The notes under the pieces were generated by a model. It was not told the origin of the DNA, did no database searches, and saw only the letters and a list, made by a program, of their open reading frames with translations. Of a stretch of DNA of 64,000 nucleotides, positions 1 through 12,684 are shown piece after piece (the first letter of the stretch is position 1; each line of letters starts with the position of its first letter). Where the stretch lies: the NCBI GenBank assembly GCA_050084515.1, contig CM114271.1:28272001-28336000 (forward strand), written 5' to 3'. The translations under genes and the position numbers were made by a program. The DNA is from Blasia pusilla (Eukaryota).

Positions 1-116
1 ACTCTCTCAGGTTTCCCGAGGCCTCAGGAGATCATCCTCGACTTACTTAGCGTGTCCTCCACTACTCACGTAGACGCTCTACTAGATCTCACCAATCTAT
101 CCTAGAAGGCATGACA
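1..116 (-). repeat. Start of an A terminal repeat of the methyltransferase-Gypsy family (continues off the left edge)
   Basis: Reverse complement begins TGTCATGCCTTCTAGGATAGATTGG and aligns by eye with the A repeat at 7823; it abuts RNase H coding sequence at 117. Confidence 0.85.
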
Positions 117-388
117 CAAGCTTCCCTGTAAGCTTGTCGAACTCCATCAACCACTTCAGTGGTTGATGATCAGTGATGATGGTAAAGGGGTTGCTGGATA
201 AGTAACACCTAAAATGCGCGACAGCCCACACCATAGCCAAGCACTCACCCTCATACAAGCTATACTTTGCCTCTGTAGTGTTTTTCGAGTGGCTAGTGTT
301 AGCCACCACAAACTCTCTACCCTCATCATCATGCTGGGTGAGCACCCCTCCAAGCCCCAACATGCTCCAATCTGTGTGCAACTCTTCG
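117..388 (-). pseudogene. RNase H fragment of the methyltransferase-Gypsy family (probably element E2)
   Basis: LHTDWSMLGLGGVLTQHDDEGREFVV...IITDHQPLKWLM, nearly identical to the peptide at 14988-15473. Confidence 0.85.
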
Positions 389-1742
389 GAGTCTGTGGAC
401 CCCGTCGTGCCATCCATGGAGGCTTTGGTGTTTGTAGAGGATGCTTCGTCCTTGGAAGAAGAACTAGTTTGCAAAGAACCTCGTCGTTGATGACGCTGTC
501 TTCGCATTTTTTGGGATTTCTCGGAGGCCTCGTACGCCTCTGCGGATGCTATAACTGCTTCCAAGGAATCTCGTTGGCCTCATCGGCAGTATTGGTCCAT
601 TTCTTTGGACAGTCCCGATACAAACCAATCTACCAATTGTGAGGTAGTGGTGTGTTCAAGTTTATTTACAAGGCTACGGAACCTTTGGGTGTATTCCCTG
701 AGAGTTTCCTTCTTTTTACGTTTCACGTCGCGAAGCTTCGTCAGAATCTTGTCCTCGAACTCATGGTTACGGAACTCATGAAGAAAGGACTCGAGTACCC
801 TTTTCCAGGTTTCCGTGACATCCGCTCCCAGACCCTAGTACCATTGGCTTGCTCGCTTCTTAAGCACGCCAGGAAAGACTCGCAACAAATCCTCCCCTAA
901 GCCTTCCCCATTAGCCTTAGCTACTTGGGTAAATTCAAGCACAAAGTTGTCAACATCATCTCGCCGTCCGCCTGCAAACGTGGGGTATCTTAACAGCGTC
1001 TTTCTAGTGTTGGCCATTGGGAAATTTCTGCTCCTGGATGCTCGGGAGGGAGGAGGGAGCGGTTCCGATCTGGTTGATTTGGTCGGCTCCTTTTCCCCCG
1101 AGTCCCCAAAGGGATTCCAGGTTGCCTCTCTATCCGACTGCAAACTGGCAGGAGACGTGTTGGGGAGCGTATTCCTGTCCCTCCTCTTGATCTTGGGCTT
1201 TGTGCGAGCCCGAAGACTGGGAGATATCCCTGGCGGTCTCCAAGACGAGTGATCTTCCTGTTGCTTAGTGCGTCGATCAGCTCGGTGATCTCGCGATGAG
1301 GGCCGGGGAGACTTCCATGAGTCTTTTCTGGGATTCGGGAGCTTGCTTCTGCACCCATGATCGCCACAAGGTAGGGGTCCATGGAGGGAACTTGGATCTT
1401 CCTAATTCCTAGAGGAGTGTGCGGGTGCTCTTAATCTACCTGCCAAGTTTTCCTCCCATAAACAGAAGTACCGGGTCATCACCAAGTAGAACTGACCTTC
1501 ATAGGCGAAGCACTATTCGGTGACTAGTTCTTTGACAATACTAATAAGTTGTTCTATCTTTTCTAGCACCAATGCAGCAAACCGATTGTTATCTTCTTTC
1601 ATCCATTGTCTTAAGGGGATAGCTAGAGATAGCAGATGGTCTTCAGTAAGAACTAGATGGTTGGGTCTCCTAGGAGACGAGGCTTCTTTCCCCGCTCTTG
1701 GGTCTCCCATGAGTCTCTCTCTCTTCCCATCAAAGCTTATGA

Positions 1743-1760
1743 TCCCCGGCAGCGGCGCCA
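1743..1760 (-). other. tRNA primer-binding site (Athila type, likely tRNA-Asp)
   Basis: TGGCGCCGCTGCCGGGGA 3 nt downstream of the LTR terminal CA on the minus strand. Confidence 0.75.
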
Positions 1761-1763
1761 AAA

Positions 1764-3032
1764 TGTTTTATCTCTTATATGTAATGTACAATGAGTAACA
1801 GAATTGATCTTTTTACATTAATTTAATGACTTCGATCCCCAAGAGGATCATTGTGTGGTGGAAAGAGAGTTCAAATTTACAATTCTCTTGTAATAAGTGT
1901 ATTTAAGTGTGCATGATTTAGATTCAATGTCTTATCAATATCTTTGGATCTTTCTTAGTACCAAGGTTTCTTTCCTCTATTCTCTCTAGTGGAGTTGATA
2001 GCACGCTCAGGTAGATTTCCTCTTGATATCAAGAAACCTCACACAGACCTCAACAAGAAATCTGGATTCTCCTACTTTCGGAACTCAATCCGTCTCGGCA
2101 TGATATTCTCTGTCAAAAAAATTTCCTACAACTCTATGTTGATTATTCCATTGATGAGAAAGGTTTGTCAGATTCGCTCTTCACTCTGCAAACCCAAAAA
2201 GAATACTCAAACATAAGCATCGCACACCAGAATGAATGAATGAGTGCTTTACTACTCAATCAAGAATGAGAAACCTTCAAAAGTGTAGACAAGCTCGAGA
2301 GGATACTACTCCCTTGCTCGGACCATTCCTACAACATAAGGACTTCGTAAGAGAATGATGATGATAGCTACTTTCATGTTTCTTAAATACTCTTTGAAGT
2401 AGGAGTGTTCCAAAGATTCAAAGCGTTCTTGATGAAGGTGGTGTCTCTTCAACATTTGTAACTACCTAGATCTATGGTGCTCTTCTCTTTTCCTAAGATC
2501 CCTATAAATCCGCAAAACGAAATGGTCTTAACTACCTATTTGATGTAAAGAGTTGCGCCTTTTCCTATTCTAACTGTTCTAAATATGTGTTGATTGAAAT
2601 CATTGTCAGTCTTAGCTTTGCTTCGTTGTTCAATTTGAATCTCCGAAGCTCTTGCTTTGAGGACGAAGCGCTTCATTCTTCATTGGTACCTCATTCTTTG
2701 TTCTTCGTTCAGAAGCGAAGCACTTCTTTCTCTTCTTCTTCTTCATGCTTTGTTCAAGAGCGAGGCACTTATCCACAACTTCTTAATAGAGTTTCGTTGT
2801 CTTTTTTAAGCTTCACGCTGGGTCTTTAGACTTCATTATTGTATTCTCCTCTCCTCTCAGGAAAATCCTTGATTTTCTATCTCTCTGCCTTGTCCTTGGA
2901 GCTTCTTGATTCACTTCAATCTCACTCATTCTTCTACTACGCAACCATAATATCAAAATCATAATGTATATACAAGTCTTCTTTGAATAAACAGATGTAA
3001 TTCTTCAAAAGTACAAAATTTTGGATATCACA
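1764..3032 (-). repeat. 5' LTR of the Athila-like element
   Basis: TG...CA termini; long shared blocks with 23087-24278 in opposite orientation (e.g. CTCATCAATGGAATAATCAACATAGAGTTGTA). Confidence 0.8.
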
Positions 3033-3649
3033 ATACTCCCCATGCAACATCTCCACTAGTCCTGCTCCAACCAAGTCTTGGCTCCTACTCTGAATCAGAG
3101 CCCTCTCCATATCACTGTACTTGTAGGATCGTTGAAAGATTGACGTATCACTCGACAACTCAATGCGGATCCCCGGTCCATTTAGCGTACCCAAATGCTC
3201 CATGCTAAACGCAAAACAGCTCCTATAACTCTTGAGGAACTAATGTATCCGGCGCCGCTCTCCTCCTCTCAACTTAGGGCCCATATCTGGCTCCCAAGTC
3301 TCCATCGTGACTACGGTAGGACTCTCCGGCGCGGGTATCGGTGGTTGCTATGATGCAACCCCGTCTCGAACAACACTCGGCCGCTCTCCCACAGCCAACT
3401 GCAAACTCTGATCTCCTCCACGTGCAATGCTTGGAACCACGCTTGATACTATGGCTATCATCTCCTGGCGTACCTGCAAAACATCCCAAGAAGTCCAAAG
3501 GTGTCTCTCCTGATCTCCCCTGGTGTCTAGATCTCCTCGGGTCTCGCCCCCAACCACTGCCTCCACCGTCGTTGTAGGCGTGGGGCTTACCAACGCAACC
3601 GTTGTGATCTGTCGTGATCTCACAGGGTGCTGCTCAACCACTCTCAAGC

Positions 3650-4590
3650 TAAGGATCCATGTCAAGCAGTTCATGTCAATCGTCTGACCCAAGACATGGC
3701 GTCTTGATGCCTCTGACATTGACGGTACTATCGTCAATCCTGTGGGAAATCCCATCGCTTGCTCTCTCTCGTTGGCGTTGGGCTCCACCAACCACTGAAC
3801 CTAGTCATCCCAAACCAAGCCAAGACCGGCCTCCTTGTATGCATAAGAAGCGGGAAAACTCACAAACGTGGGCAAGGCTGCCCGTGGTCTGCCTACCCTA
3901 TTGACCACAGTCAACAATGGCCGATCATCGTGCGTCACTGCCTGTGATCGATGACCTGGATCTAGAATGGAATCCACTAACAAATGAGAGGGGCGCTCCA
4001 CTCTTGCATATGCCTTCTGTAACATCCCATGGGGCACCAAGTTGGTCCACCATAGACACGGGCGATGGGCTCTAGAACCTACACTCGCCGCATCCAAGAA
4101 CACTGTTGGGCCGATCCAGGCACGCACCTGATGAGCACTCATCACCACCCGTGACCTGGAGTCTCCTAAGATCGGCACATTCTCCAAAATGTTGGTTGGA
4201 GAACGAGACTAGTGCTCTTGCAACTCTTGTAAGATCCTCAACATCTCCCAAAACAACCTGGACCGAGTGTCAGCCAACCCGCTGCCTTGTCCAACACTTG
4301 ATTGGCCCAGACCTGGCCAACCGGAAATGACCAAATCAATGGTCCCTACCCGCTCTAAGTCATGCGCCCCCAAGAACGAAATATCCCTCGGTAGGGAACT
4401 CTACTACCCCTATACCGCGGACGCAACAATGAGTCGGGAAAACGTAGGCATAACTGCGCCACATGTCGTATTGAGACACACCTCGCAACATCATCACTCT
4501 CCACATCCATGTATTGTTGTACTCGCACTCTTGCCTGCAAAACAGTAGCTAACCTGATGCTAATCCTTCCAAAGAGATCTAACATTCGAA
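3650..4590 (-). pseudogene. C5 cytosine DNA methyltransferase domain (E2, frameshifted; catalytic Cys appears as Gly)
   Basis: LDLFGRISIRL, DLVISGWPGLG, ENVP, RAHRPCLWWTN, ANEREQAMGFP, RRHVLGQ. Confidence 0.8.
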
Positions 4591-4597
4591 TACCCTC

Positions 4598-5323
4598 CTA
4601 CGGGATACACCACACAATGGGTGTGGTATCCAAGGATGTCATTGTAGCACTCCCTGCTACCTCGGGTTCCTCAGACCCGTCATGCTCCGCTGCAAACGCC
4701 TCGCTCCACGCGGTTTGCACGTGCTCATCTGCCAATCGTCCAAGCTCCTCAGTCGAGCCCCACAGCGGCACCTCTCCTCCAAGGAATGATGCGGCTACCA
4801 TAACACTCCTCTCCATAGAAATGTCAGGAACGGGAGTATCCTCTGCATAGACATGTCCCTCAATCAAATCACTAGGCCAAGTGATGGCACTGCTAAATGC
4901 TGCTAAGGTCGTCATCTCTCCTAGTCGTTGCTCGATCACTACACTTGTGAATCGAATGGGTAATGAGCTAAGACGCCCATCACATGACTGCCATCCTAGT
5001 CTGTAGGACCCAGACTCTTCCGTATAATCCAAGGAAAACCCCATCGGGTATAACACTGCTCCACCAACCAAGACGTCGTAGGACTTTGCATCAGTCACTA
5101 TCGCCTTGGCTCGCACCAAAGACTCATCTGTAGGATGTCCTGGGTGAATCCTCACCACAACTTCTTTTCGGGTGATATACTGTGTGGTACTTGCTTCACC
5201 CAAGGATTTTTGTATCCGGAATGGATAACGCTCCTCATCGGCTCTCGTCAAGCCCAATCCTCTGAATGACGCTTTCCCCAATATCAAGGGTTGCGCTCTT
5301 GAATCCAACAAGACGAGCTGCAC
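4598..5323 (-). pseudogene. Aspartic protease and linker (E2)
   Basis: VLLDSRAQPLILG ... YDVLVGGAVL; retropepsin-like D(S/T)G variant. Confidence 0.7.
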
Positions 5324-7822
5324 TCGTTTCTCCCATCGCCCTCAGTGCCTGCACACCAACAACATCACCAACTCTCCAGGTTCTTTGATAAAGACCCATC
5401 GATGGGGTCCTCATCGCTTCGGACAACGTGAAAGACTGAGGAAGCCTAGTTTGTTTCCTGGCTTCCCCTCGCGGTGGATCCAACTCTGCGGCTACTCCAT
5501 GCGTCACAACTGCAGCGGCGTCCATCAGGGCAACCCCGTACATCCAACCAGGATCCTCCATATCTCTAGCTGCTCCATATGATGTTGATGCCACGGATCC
5601 GGCATCAGGTAACCTCAATACCATAGCGGCAATCCACTCGTGTAGCTGTTGTATCTTAACAGCCATCCTAGCCTCACGTCTGACGTCTCCCTCGGCACGT
5701 CTAGGTGGTGGTACTCTACCTCCTCCACGGGCAGCTCCACCACCCTTTCGGGAAACTCCAACTCCTCGTCCCCCAACAGAACCACTTGGTGCACGATCTT
5801 TAGCCCGCCCAGACCGGCTACTCGCTCTGGTGCCCTCTATGGCCCTCGATCCGGACATAACTCTGGATGTAAACTGAAACACGTGGCGCGTGTATGACCA
5901 TACCTCTGACAATAGTCATACTGATAACCACCTGATGTAGCACCATCTCCTCCCCATGGTGAGGCACACGTCCATGACCCTTACGAGTGCAATCGCACTG
6001 ATGATGGGCTCCACCACATGATCAACAAGTAATAGTAGGTGGTTTTTGTTGAGCCGCAGGTCTCTATGGCACAGCCTCCTGGTATCCTCCCTGAGCTCGT
6101 GGTGGCACATTCGACCTATCCTGGAGTCCACGTTGTTGCACTGGTGGTGCAGCCAATCTTGATTGCTCTCGCCTAGAACCCATGGTGGCTACGCTCTCCT
6201 CCGCCATATTGCGCTCAATGTTCTCGGCGGTCCTAAGAACATCTCTCAATATAGGGGAGGTGTTCATAAGAAGCACCCCCTCCCGCACCCGTGTCCGTAG
6301 GGTCCGTTCCAGCATCGCGTACCATGACTAGATAGCTTGAGCCTCTATCATCCCCTGAGTGATGTTGATCAACCGGTGCAAGCGAGAGTAAGCCTCACAC
6401 AAACTCTCACCCGGGCGCCTCTAGAAGTCGTGGATGCTCTGTAACTTCTCTGTCCGTACCCCCTGGTAGCTTGCCCTCAACTTAGCAAAGAACTCAACCA
6501 TAGGGTTGAACCTGGGACAAACCTAGACAGTGCAACTGCTCCCGTACGAGTGACCCCTCCTAAAACGTCACAAGAGGAAGATGAAGTAGCCTCTCATGAC
6601 TCCTCCTCCTCATTTGGGAATGACTCCGTCCATGACACATAATGTGGGTCATAGTAGAGCCTCCACGCCTCGATTTGACGTGCGTATCTTTAAGAGAACT
6701 CATGGTAATCGTCCATGGGCGCCCCCTCTAAATGCTTGAACATACCGCTCCATGCTATAAACGGGCTAAACTCTCTAGAGTTCCTGGCCTGCTGGGAGTT
6801 GCACCAACTCCTAGACTCTGCTATGAAATCGTGCAACTCAATCGTACCTACTACACCTGAAAACCCACGCGGTCCTCTACGTCATAGCTTTTCAAGATGG
6901 ACGCCGTGATGACCCTCGTGCCCCTCTCACCCGATCACTCTCGCCTCACAAGTAATCCCTCAATCACTCATCCCAAACATGCGCACTCGATGTACACTCT
7001 CCCTCCCCGAGACGTGTAACGTGCGGCGACAAGCGGCGTGGTGCGGAAAATCGACCAGGTTATCATCTCATCGACAACCTACCCTCAACTCCGAACATCC
7101 CACACATGTCTATGTCCCCTAAACCATATACATAAATTATACTCTCAACATCCACACACCCAATATCCCCAAATAAACTACCCAAATCCCAGAATCCCTC
7201 ACGTGCAGGGTAAATGACCAGAATAAATAACATGAACACATGTCGATGTCACTCCTCACCAATTGCAAATCTTGACCCCAACTCGGTCGTGGAGACAACT
7301 CCTCCAATCAACAAGTCATACTCATCCCGTATTGACGTTGCTCAAAACTCCTCGATAGACAGTGCGGTTCCAGCGGAACGGTGCGGCGTTGTAGGCGGCA
7401 CGGAATGGCTATGAACGGCATGGCTCTCGATGGTGGGATGGGGCACTCGACGGCATATCCTCCTCAATCAACAATAAACCCACACACTGCTCCACGATGA
7501 GGGTGCGGCCACGAGCGGTAGGGCGCGGTAATCGGCGGCGCGCTGCGGCTACGAGCGTCACGGCACGGTACTCGATCGTCGTCGAGTGGCTACCAATCAC
7601 AACAAAGCAGCATGAAATCAAAACTTAAACACCATAACCAGAGGTCATCTGCCATCACTGGTTGATGACGAAACTCCAATGACAGTGGTGGCCAAAACAA
7701 AGTACGTGGTGGCGATGCAAGTCAGAGAATCAAAAAATGTCGTGGAAGACCCTCCACTCCGTAACGACGACAATGGCAACCAAAGGATGGACAACGAACA
7801 GTCGACCGTTGACGGTGACAAT

Positions 7823-8346
7823 TGTCACGACTGTTAGGATAGATCGGTGGGATCTAGAAGAGCGTCTTCAGGAGTAGTGGAGGACAGGCCCATGAGGTCG
7901 AGAATGACCTGTTGAGGCCCCGGGAAACTTGAGAGAGCAGGTTTCCCCTTTGTTACGGCTCATTACCATTCGTTACGGAGCCATATAGAGAAACTTACTA
8001 TTTCAGGTAAGTTTCCATATTGAGGATAGTTGATTTTCTATTTTTGGTAAGTGGCCCTTGACCTCCTACATCAGATCAAGAGCCAAGGAGGTGACTTGGG
8101 AGCATAGGTTACCATGGAGAGAGCTTGGGAGAGGGGAGGGATATACCTCAAGGAGAGAGAGCTTGAGAGCTTATTCTCTCTTTGTTGAACCTCTTGGCAT
8201 GAGGCGGCGGAGCTATGGTCCCTTGCCTTGTGAGTGTAACCCAAGCCTCTCATTAGGAGAGTGGGTTTGGTTTGACATGAGAGAGAGTGCACACCTTTGA
8301 GAGCTATGGTGTGGGATGGTGTAGAGAGAGATTGGATCTTACTTTA
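7823..8346 (+). repeat. A1 terminal repeat of E1
   Basis: Direct repeat of 17352-17864; identity ends at GGATCTTACTTTA. Confidence 0.9.
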
Positions 8347-9880
8347 CAAAGAGAGAATGAGAGAGTGAGAGCGCTACAATGTCGGGAGCTTGCTGGATTT
8401 TTGCTGTGTGTGCAGGTTAGGGACCATGTTCCCTACTTCATGACTCATGAGAGTGCTCACAGGAGCAAGAGTCATTCAATTTGCTATTTTCCTTTACCGT
8501 TTTTTCGTACAAAAGAGTGGCGCGCGGAAGCGCTGCCCAAATGTTGGTAGAATTTGAGTGTGTGGGCGGATTACCCACGCCAGTGCTCTCGGGAGCACTG
8601 TGTAGCTTTCTGATTTGTCTTTTCACAGGTTTTACATTTTCGTTGGGAGAAATCAGCGCGGAAGCGCTTCCGAATTTTGGGGAGAAGAAAGAGACGTTGG
8701 GGTTTACGACAGTCCCCATCAGTTCTTATAGGATTTTTTGATTCAAAATATGTTTTTACTCCATTGTAGATCTTGAAGCTGCGCACGTTGTGCAATAGAT
8801 GGTGCGCGATTTGGAGCTGCGAGCATAAAGTTATGGCTAATTTTGTAAACTGCCAATTTTAGGGTAAAAATCGAAACTCTAAAGCCGCAGTCGCCGTTGG
8901 CGGCGCCGTCACCGTCGACCACCGTCACCGTCAACATGGACCACCGTCGCCATCACCGTTGACCACCGTTGTAGTCGCCGTCGCCATCGGACAAGATGTC
9001 AACCCGTCGCCTGGCCGTCAACCCGTCGCCAGGACGTCAACCCTTCATCAGGCCGTCAACCCTTTGCCATGCCCTTTGACCCGTCAGCTAGCCCGTTACC
9101 CGTCAAGCTGTCGTCGACCGACTGGAGTACTATTCTGGATGACGTGTGACCCAATGATTTATGGGGTCCAAGTTTTCTAGCCGCGTTACTATGTTTTGAG
9201 TTGGAAGCCGCTCCATGAAGATTGAGGACTGTGACGTGTCGCCCGTAGCCGCAACGCGCCGCCGATTTCCGCGCCGTGCCGCTCGTGGCCGCACCGCACT
9301 GTCTCGATCGCGGAGCCGCACCGTCATTGTAGAGTAGATTGTGTTTTGCAGGTTTGAGGAGTTTGGCTTCACAACCGAGTTGGGGTCAAGATTTACAGTT
9401 GCTAAGGAGCGACATTGACATGTGTTCACGTTACCCATTCTGGTCCTTTACCTAGCACGTGTTAGGGATTTTGGGATTTGGGTAGTTTATATGGGGATCT
9501 TGGGTGTGTGGATGTTGAGAGCATCAGTTATGTATGTGGTTTAGGGGACATAGACCTGTGTGGGATGTCCAAAGTTGAGGGTAGGTTGTCGATGAGATGA
9601 TAGTTTGGTCGATATGTCGCACCACGCCGCCTGTTGCCGCATGTTACATCTCTCGGGGAGGGAGAGTGTAGATCGAGTGACGCATGTTTGGGATGAGTGA
9701 TTGAGGGATTACTCACGAGCTTCAGAGTGATTGGGTGAGAGGGGCACGAGGGTCATCACGGAGTCCGTTCGGGACTTTGAGAGGCCAGGTGGTGAACCCG
9801 AGAGTAGTTCTAGAGGTTTTACGCAGAGTGGCGCGAGGTTCCGAGGGTCTCCACGTGAGGGACCACCTTGACCTCCTTCT

Positions 9881-11396
9881 ATGTCATCGTCAGACAAGGG
9901 GGAGGGTGTAGAGGAGTTTGTGAGCACATCGCCACACATTGTGAGTGGTCCTACCAGTTGGGCGTACGAGATGGACGACCGGGGTAGAGGACCGCGTAGG
10001 TTTTCAGGTGCAGTAGGCACGATTGAGTTGCACGATTTCATAGTAGAGTTTAGGAGTTGGCGTGACTCCCAGCGGGCCAAGAACTCTAGAGAGTTCAACC
10101 CGTTTACATCATGGAACGGTATGTTCCAGCATTTAGAGGGGGTGCCCATGGACGATTACCATGAGTTCTCTTAGAGATATGCAGGTGAGATCGAGGCGTG
10201 GAGGCTCTACTATGACCCACATTATGTGTCATGGACGGAGCTGTTCCCATATGAGGAGGAGTCAAGAGAGGCTACTTCCTCTTCCACTAGTGACGTTTTA
10301 GGAGGGATGACTCCCACGGGAGCACTTGCACCGTCTAGTCGGGTTTGTCCCAGGTTCAACCCTGTGGTAGAGTTCTTTGCTGAGTTGAGGGCGAACTACC
10401 AAGGGGTACGAACGGAGAAGTTGCGGAGCATCCACGACTTCCAGAGGGGCCCGGGTGAGAGTTTACGTGAGGCTTACACTCGCTTGCGCCGGTTGATCAA
10501 CGTCACTCAGGGGGTGACAGAGGCTCAGGCTATCCAGTCATGTACGCGATGCTGGATCGGACCCTGCGGACACGGGTGCAGGAGGGGGTGCTTCTTATGA
10601 ACACCTCCCCTACATTGAGAGATGTTTTTAGGACTACCAAGAACATTGAGCGCAACATGGCGGAGGAGAGCGTAGCCACCATGGGTTATGGGTGAGAGCA
10701 ATCACGATTGAGCAGCAACGTGGACTACGAGATAGGTCAACTGTGGAACCACAAGCTCAGGGAGGATACCGGGAGGCCATGCCACAGAGACCTGCGCCTT
10801 CATATGCGGCTCAGCAGTAGTCGCTTACTATTACTTGTTGGTCATGTGGTGGAGCCCATCATCATCGCGATTGCACTCGTTAGGGTCATGGACGTGTGTC
10901 TCAGCATGGAGGAGGAGATAGTGCTGCACCAATAGGTTCTTAGTGTGACTACTGTCAGAGGTATGGTCAGACACGCGCCAGGTGTTTCAATTTACATCCT
11001 GAGTTACGTCTGAACCGAGGGCTAGAGAGATCACCAGAGCGAGAAGCCAGTCCGGGTGGGCCTAGAGATCGTGCACTAGGTGGTCCCGTTGGGGGACGAG
11101 GAGCTGGAGTTGCCCGACAAGGTGGTGGAGCTGCCCGTGGAGGAGGTAGAGAACCACCACCTAGACGGGTCGAGGGAGACGCCGGACATGAGGCTGGGAT
11201 GGCTACTCAGATACAGCAGCTACAGGAGCAGATTGCCGCTATGGCATTGAGGTTACCCGATGCCGGATCCGTGGCATCGACATCATATGGAGCAGCCAGA
11301 GATTTGGAGGATCCTGGTTGGATGTGCGGGGTTGCCCTGATGGAGGCCGCTGCTGTTGTGACGCGTGGAGCAGCCGCAGAGTTGGATCCACGGTGA
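9881..11396 (+). pseudogene. Gag with two zinc knuckles (E1, disrupted)
   Basis: PRRFSGAVGTIELHDF, FQRGPGESLREAYTRL (retrotrans-gag-like), CWSCGGAHHHRDC and CDYCQRYG-TRARC knuckles. Confidence 0.8.
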
Positions 11397-11914
11397 GGGA
11401 AGCCAGAAAACAGACTAGGCTTCCTCAGTCTTTCACGTTGTCCGAACCGCTGAGGACCCCATTGATGGGTCCTCATCAAAGTTCCTTGAGAGTTGGTGAT
11501 GTTGTTGGTGTGTAGGCATGGAGGGCGATGGGAGAAGCGAGTTTGAGGACTCTTATTGTTGATGCTCAGGAGGGGCATGTGTCGAGCACGTTGTTGGGGG
11601 CGGCCATCATTGTGTGCCGCACTCCTTTATTTTCTGCTTCCGATGTTATGACGTTGGGGGGTACGCCCGCCAAGGCTTTTCGGCTGGCCGCTTCACTATG
11701 TGAGCGCGGAGTTGGAGTTCTTGCATCACGTTCAGAGGTGATTGCAGAGGAGGTGATGGACCTGCCCTTGGAGCGGATGCTCGGGCGGTCCACGTCAGAT
11801 TCATGGCAGGCTGCGGTTGCTAGGATGGCGGAGATGCGCGCTAGACCGGCGATAGAGCATGCCATGGCTTCTCTTGGTGTTGTGTTCCTAGATAACTGAG
11901 GAGAGGTCTTCCAC

Positions 11915-12514
11915 TTGGTGAGTCCTGGAGGTAGAGCTTTTAGTCCGCAGCGTGTCTTGTTGGATTCAAGAGCGCAACCCCTGATGTTGGGGAAAGCGTC
12001 ATTCAGAGGATTGGGCTTGACGAGAGCCGATGTGGAGCATTGTCCATTCTGGATACTGACATCCTTGGGTGGCGCGAGTACCACACAGTATATCACCCGA
12101 CAGGAGGTTGTGGTGAGGATTCGCCCGGGACATCCTACTGATGAGTCTCTGATGCGCGCCAGGGCAATAGTGACAGATGCAGAGTCCTACGACGTCTTGG
12201 TTGGTAGAGCAGTGTTATACCCGATGGGGTTTTCTATGGATTACTGGGAGGAGTCAGCGTCCTACAGACCAAGATGGCAGTCATGTGATGGGCGCCTTAG
12301 CTCATTACCCGTTCAATTCACATGTGCAGTGATCAAGCGACGGCCAGGAGAGATGGCGACCTTAGCAGCATTTAGCAGTGCCATCACTTGGCCTAGTGAT
12401 TTGATTGAGGGACATGTCCATGCAGAGGATACTCCCGTTCCTGACATTTGTATGGAGAGGAGTGTTATGGTAGGTGCATCATTCCATGGAGGAGAGGTGC
12501 CTCTCCTCCACTGA
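11915..12514 (+). pseudogene. Aspartic protease (E1)
   Basis: RVLLDSRAQPLMLG ... YDVLVGRAVL. Confidence 0.75.
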
Positions 12515-12684
12515 GGAGCACCTCTCCTCCAGAACTTCGACGATTGGCAGATGAGCACGTGCAGACCGTGTGGAGCGAGGCATTTGCACCGGAGCGTGAC
12601 GGGTCTGAGGTACCCGAGGTAGCAGGGAGTGCTACGATGACACCCTTGGATACCACACCCATTGTGTGGTGTACCCCGGAGGAG

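Larger units (their letters stand above)
389..3032 (-). mobile_element. Truncated Athila-like Ty3/Gypsy element (5' LTR, PBS, partial gag) inserted in E2
   Basis: LTR 3032-1764 (TGTGATATCC...AAAACA), 3-nt spacer, PBS TGGCGCCGCTGCCGGGGA, gag-like peptide YPTFAGGRRDDVDNFVLEF...LKKRASQWY; LTR homologous to the solo LTR at 23087. Confidence 0.75.

Noticed and set aside
8058-8300. Recurrent 80-aa ORF MTSYIRSRAKEV
   Set aside because: Lies inside the A repeat, has a non-ATG start, and recurs only because the repeat does.
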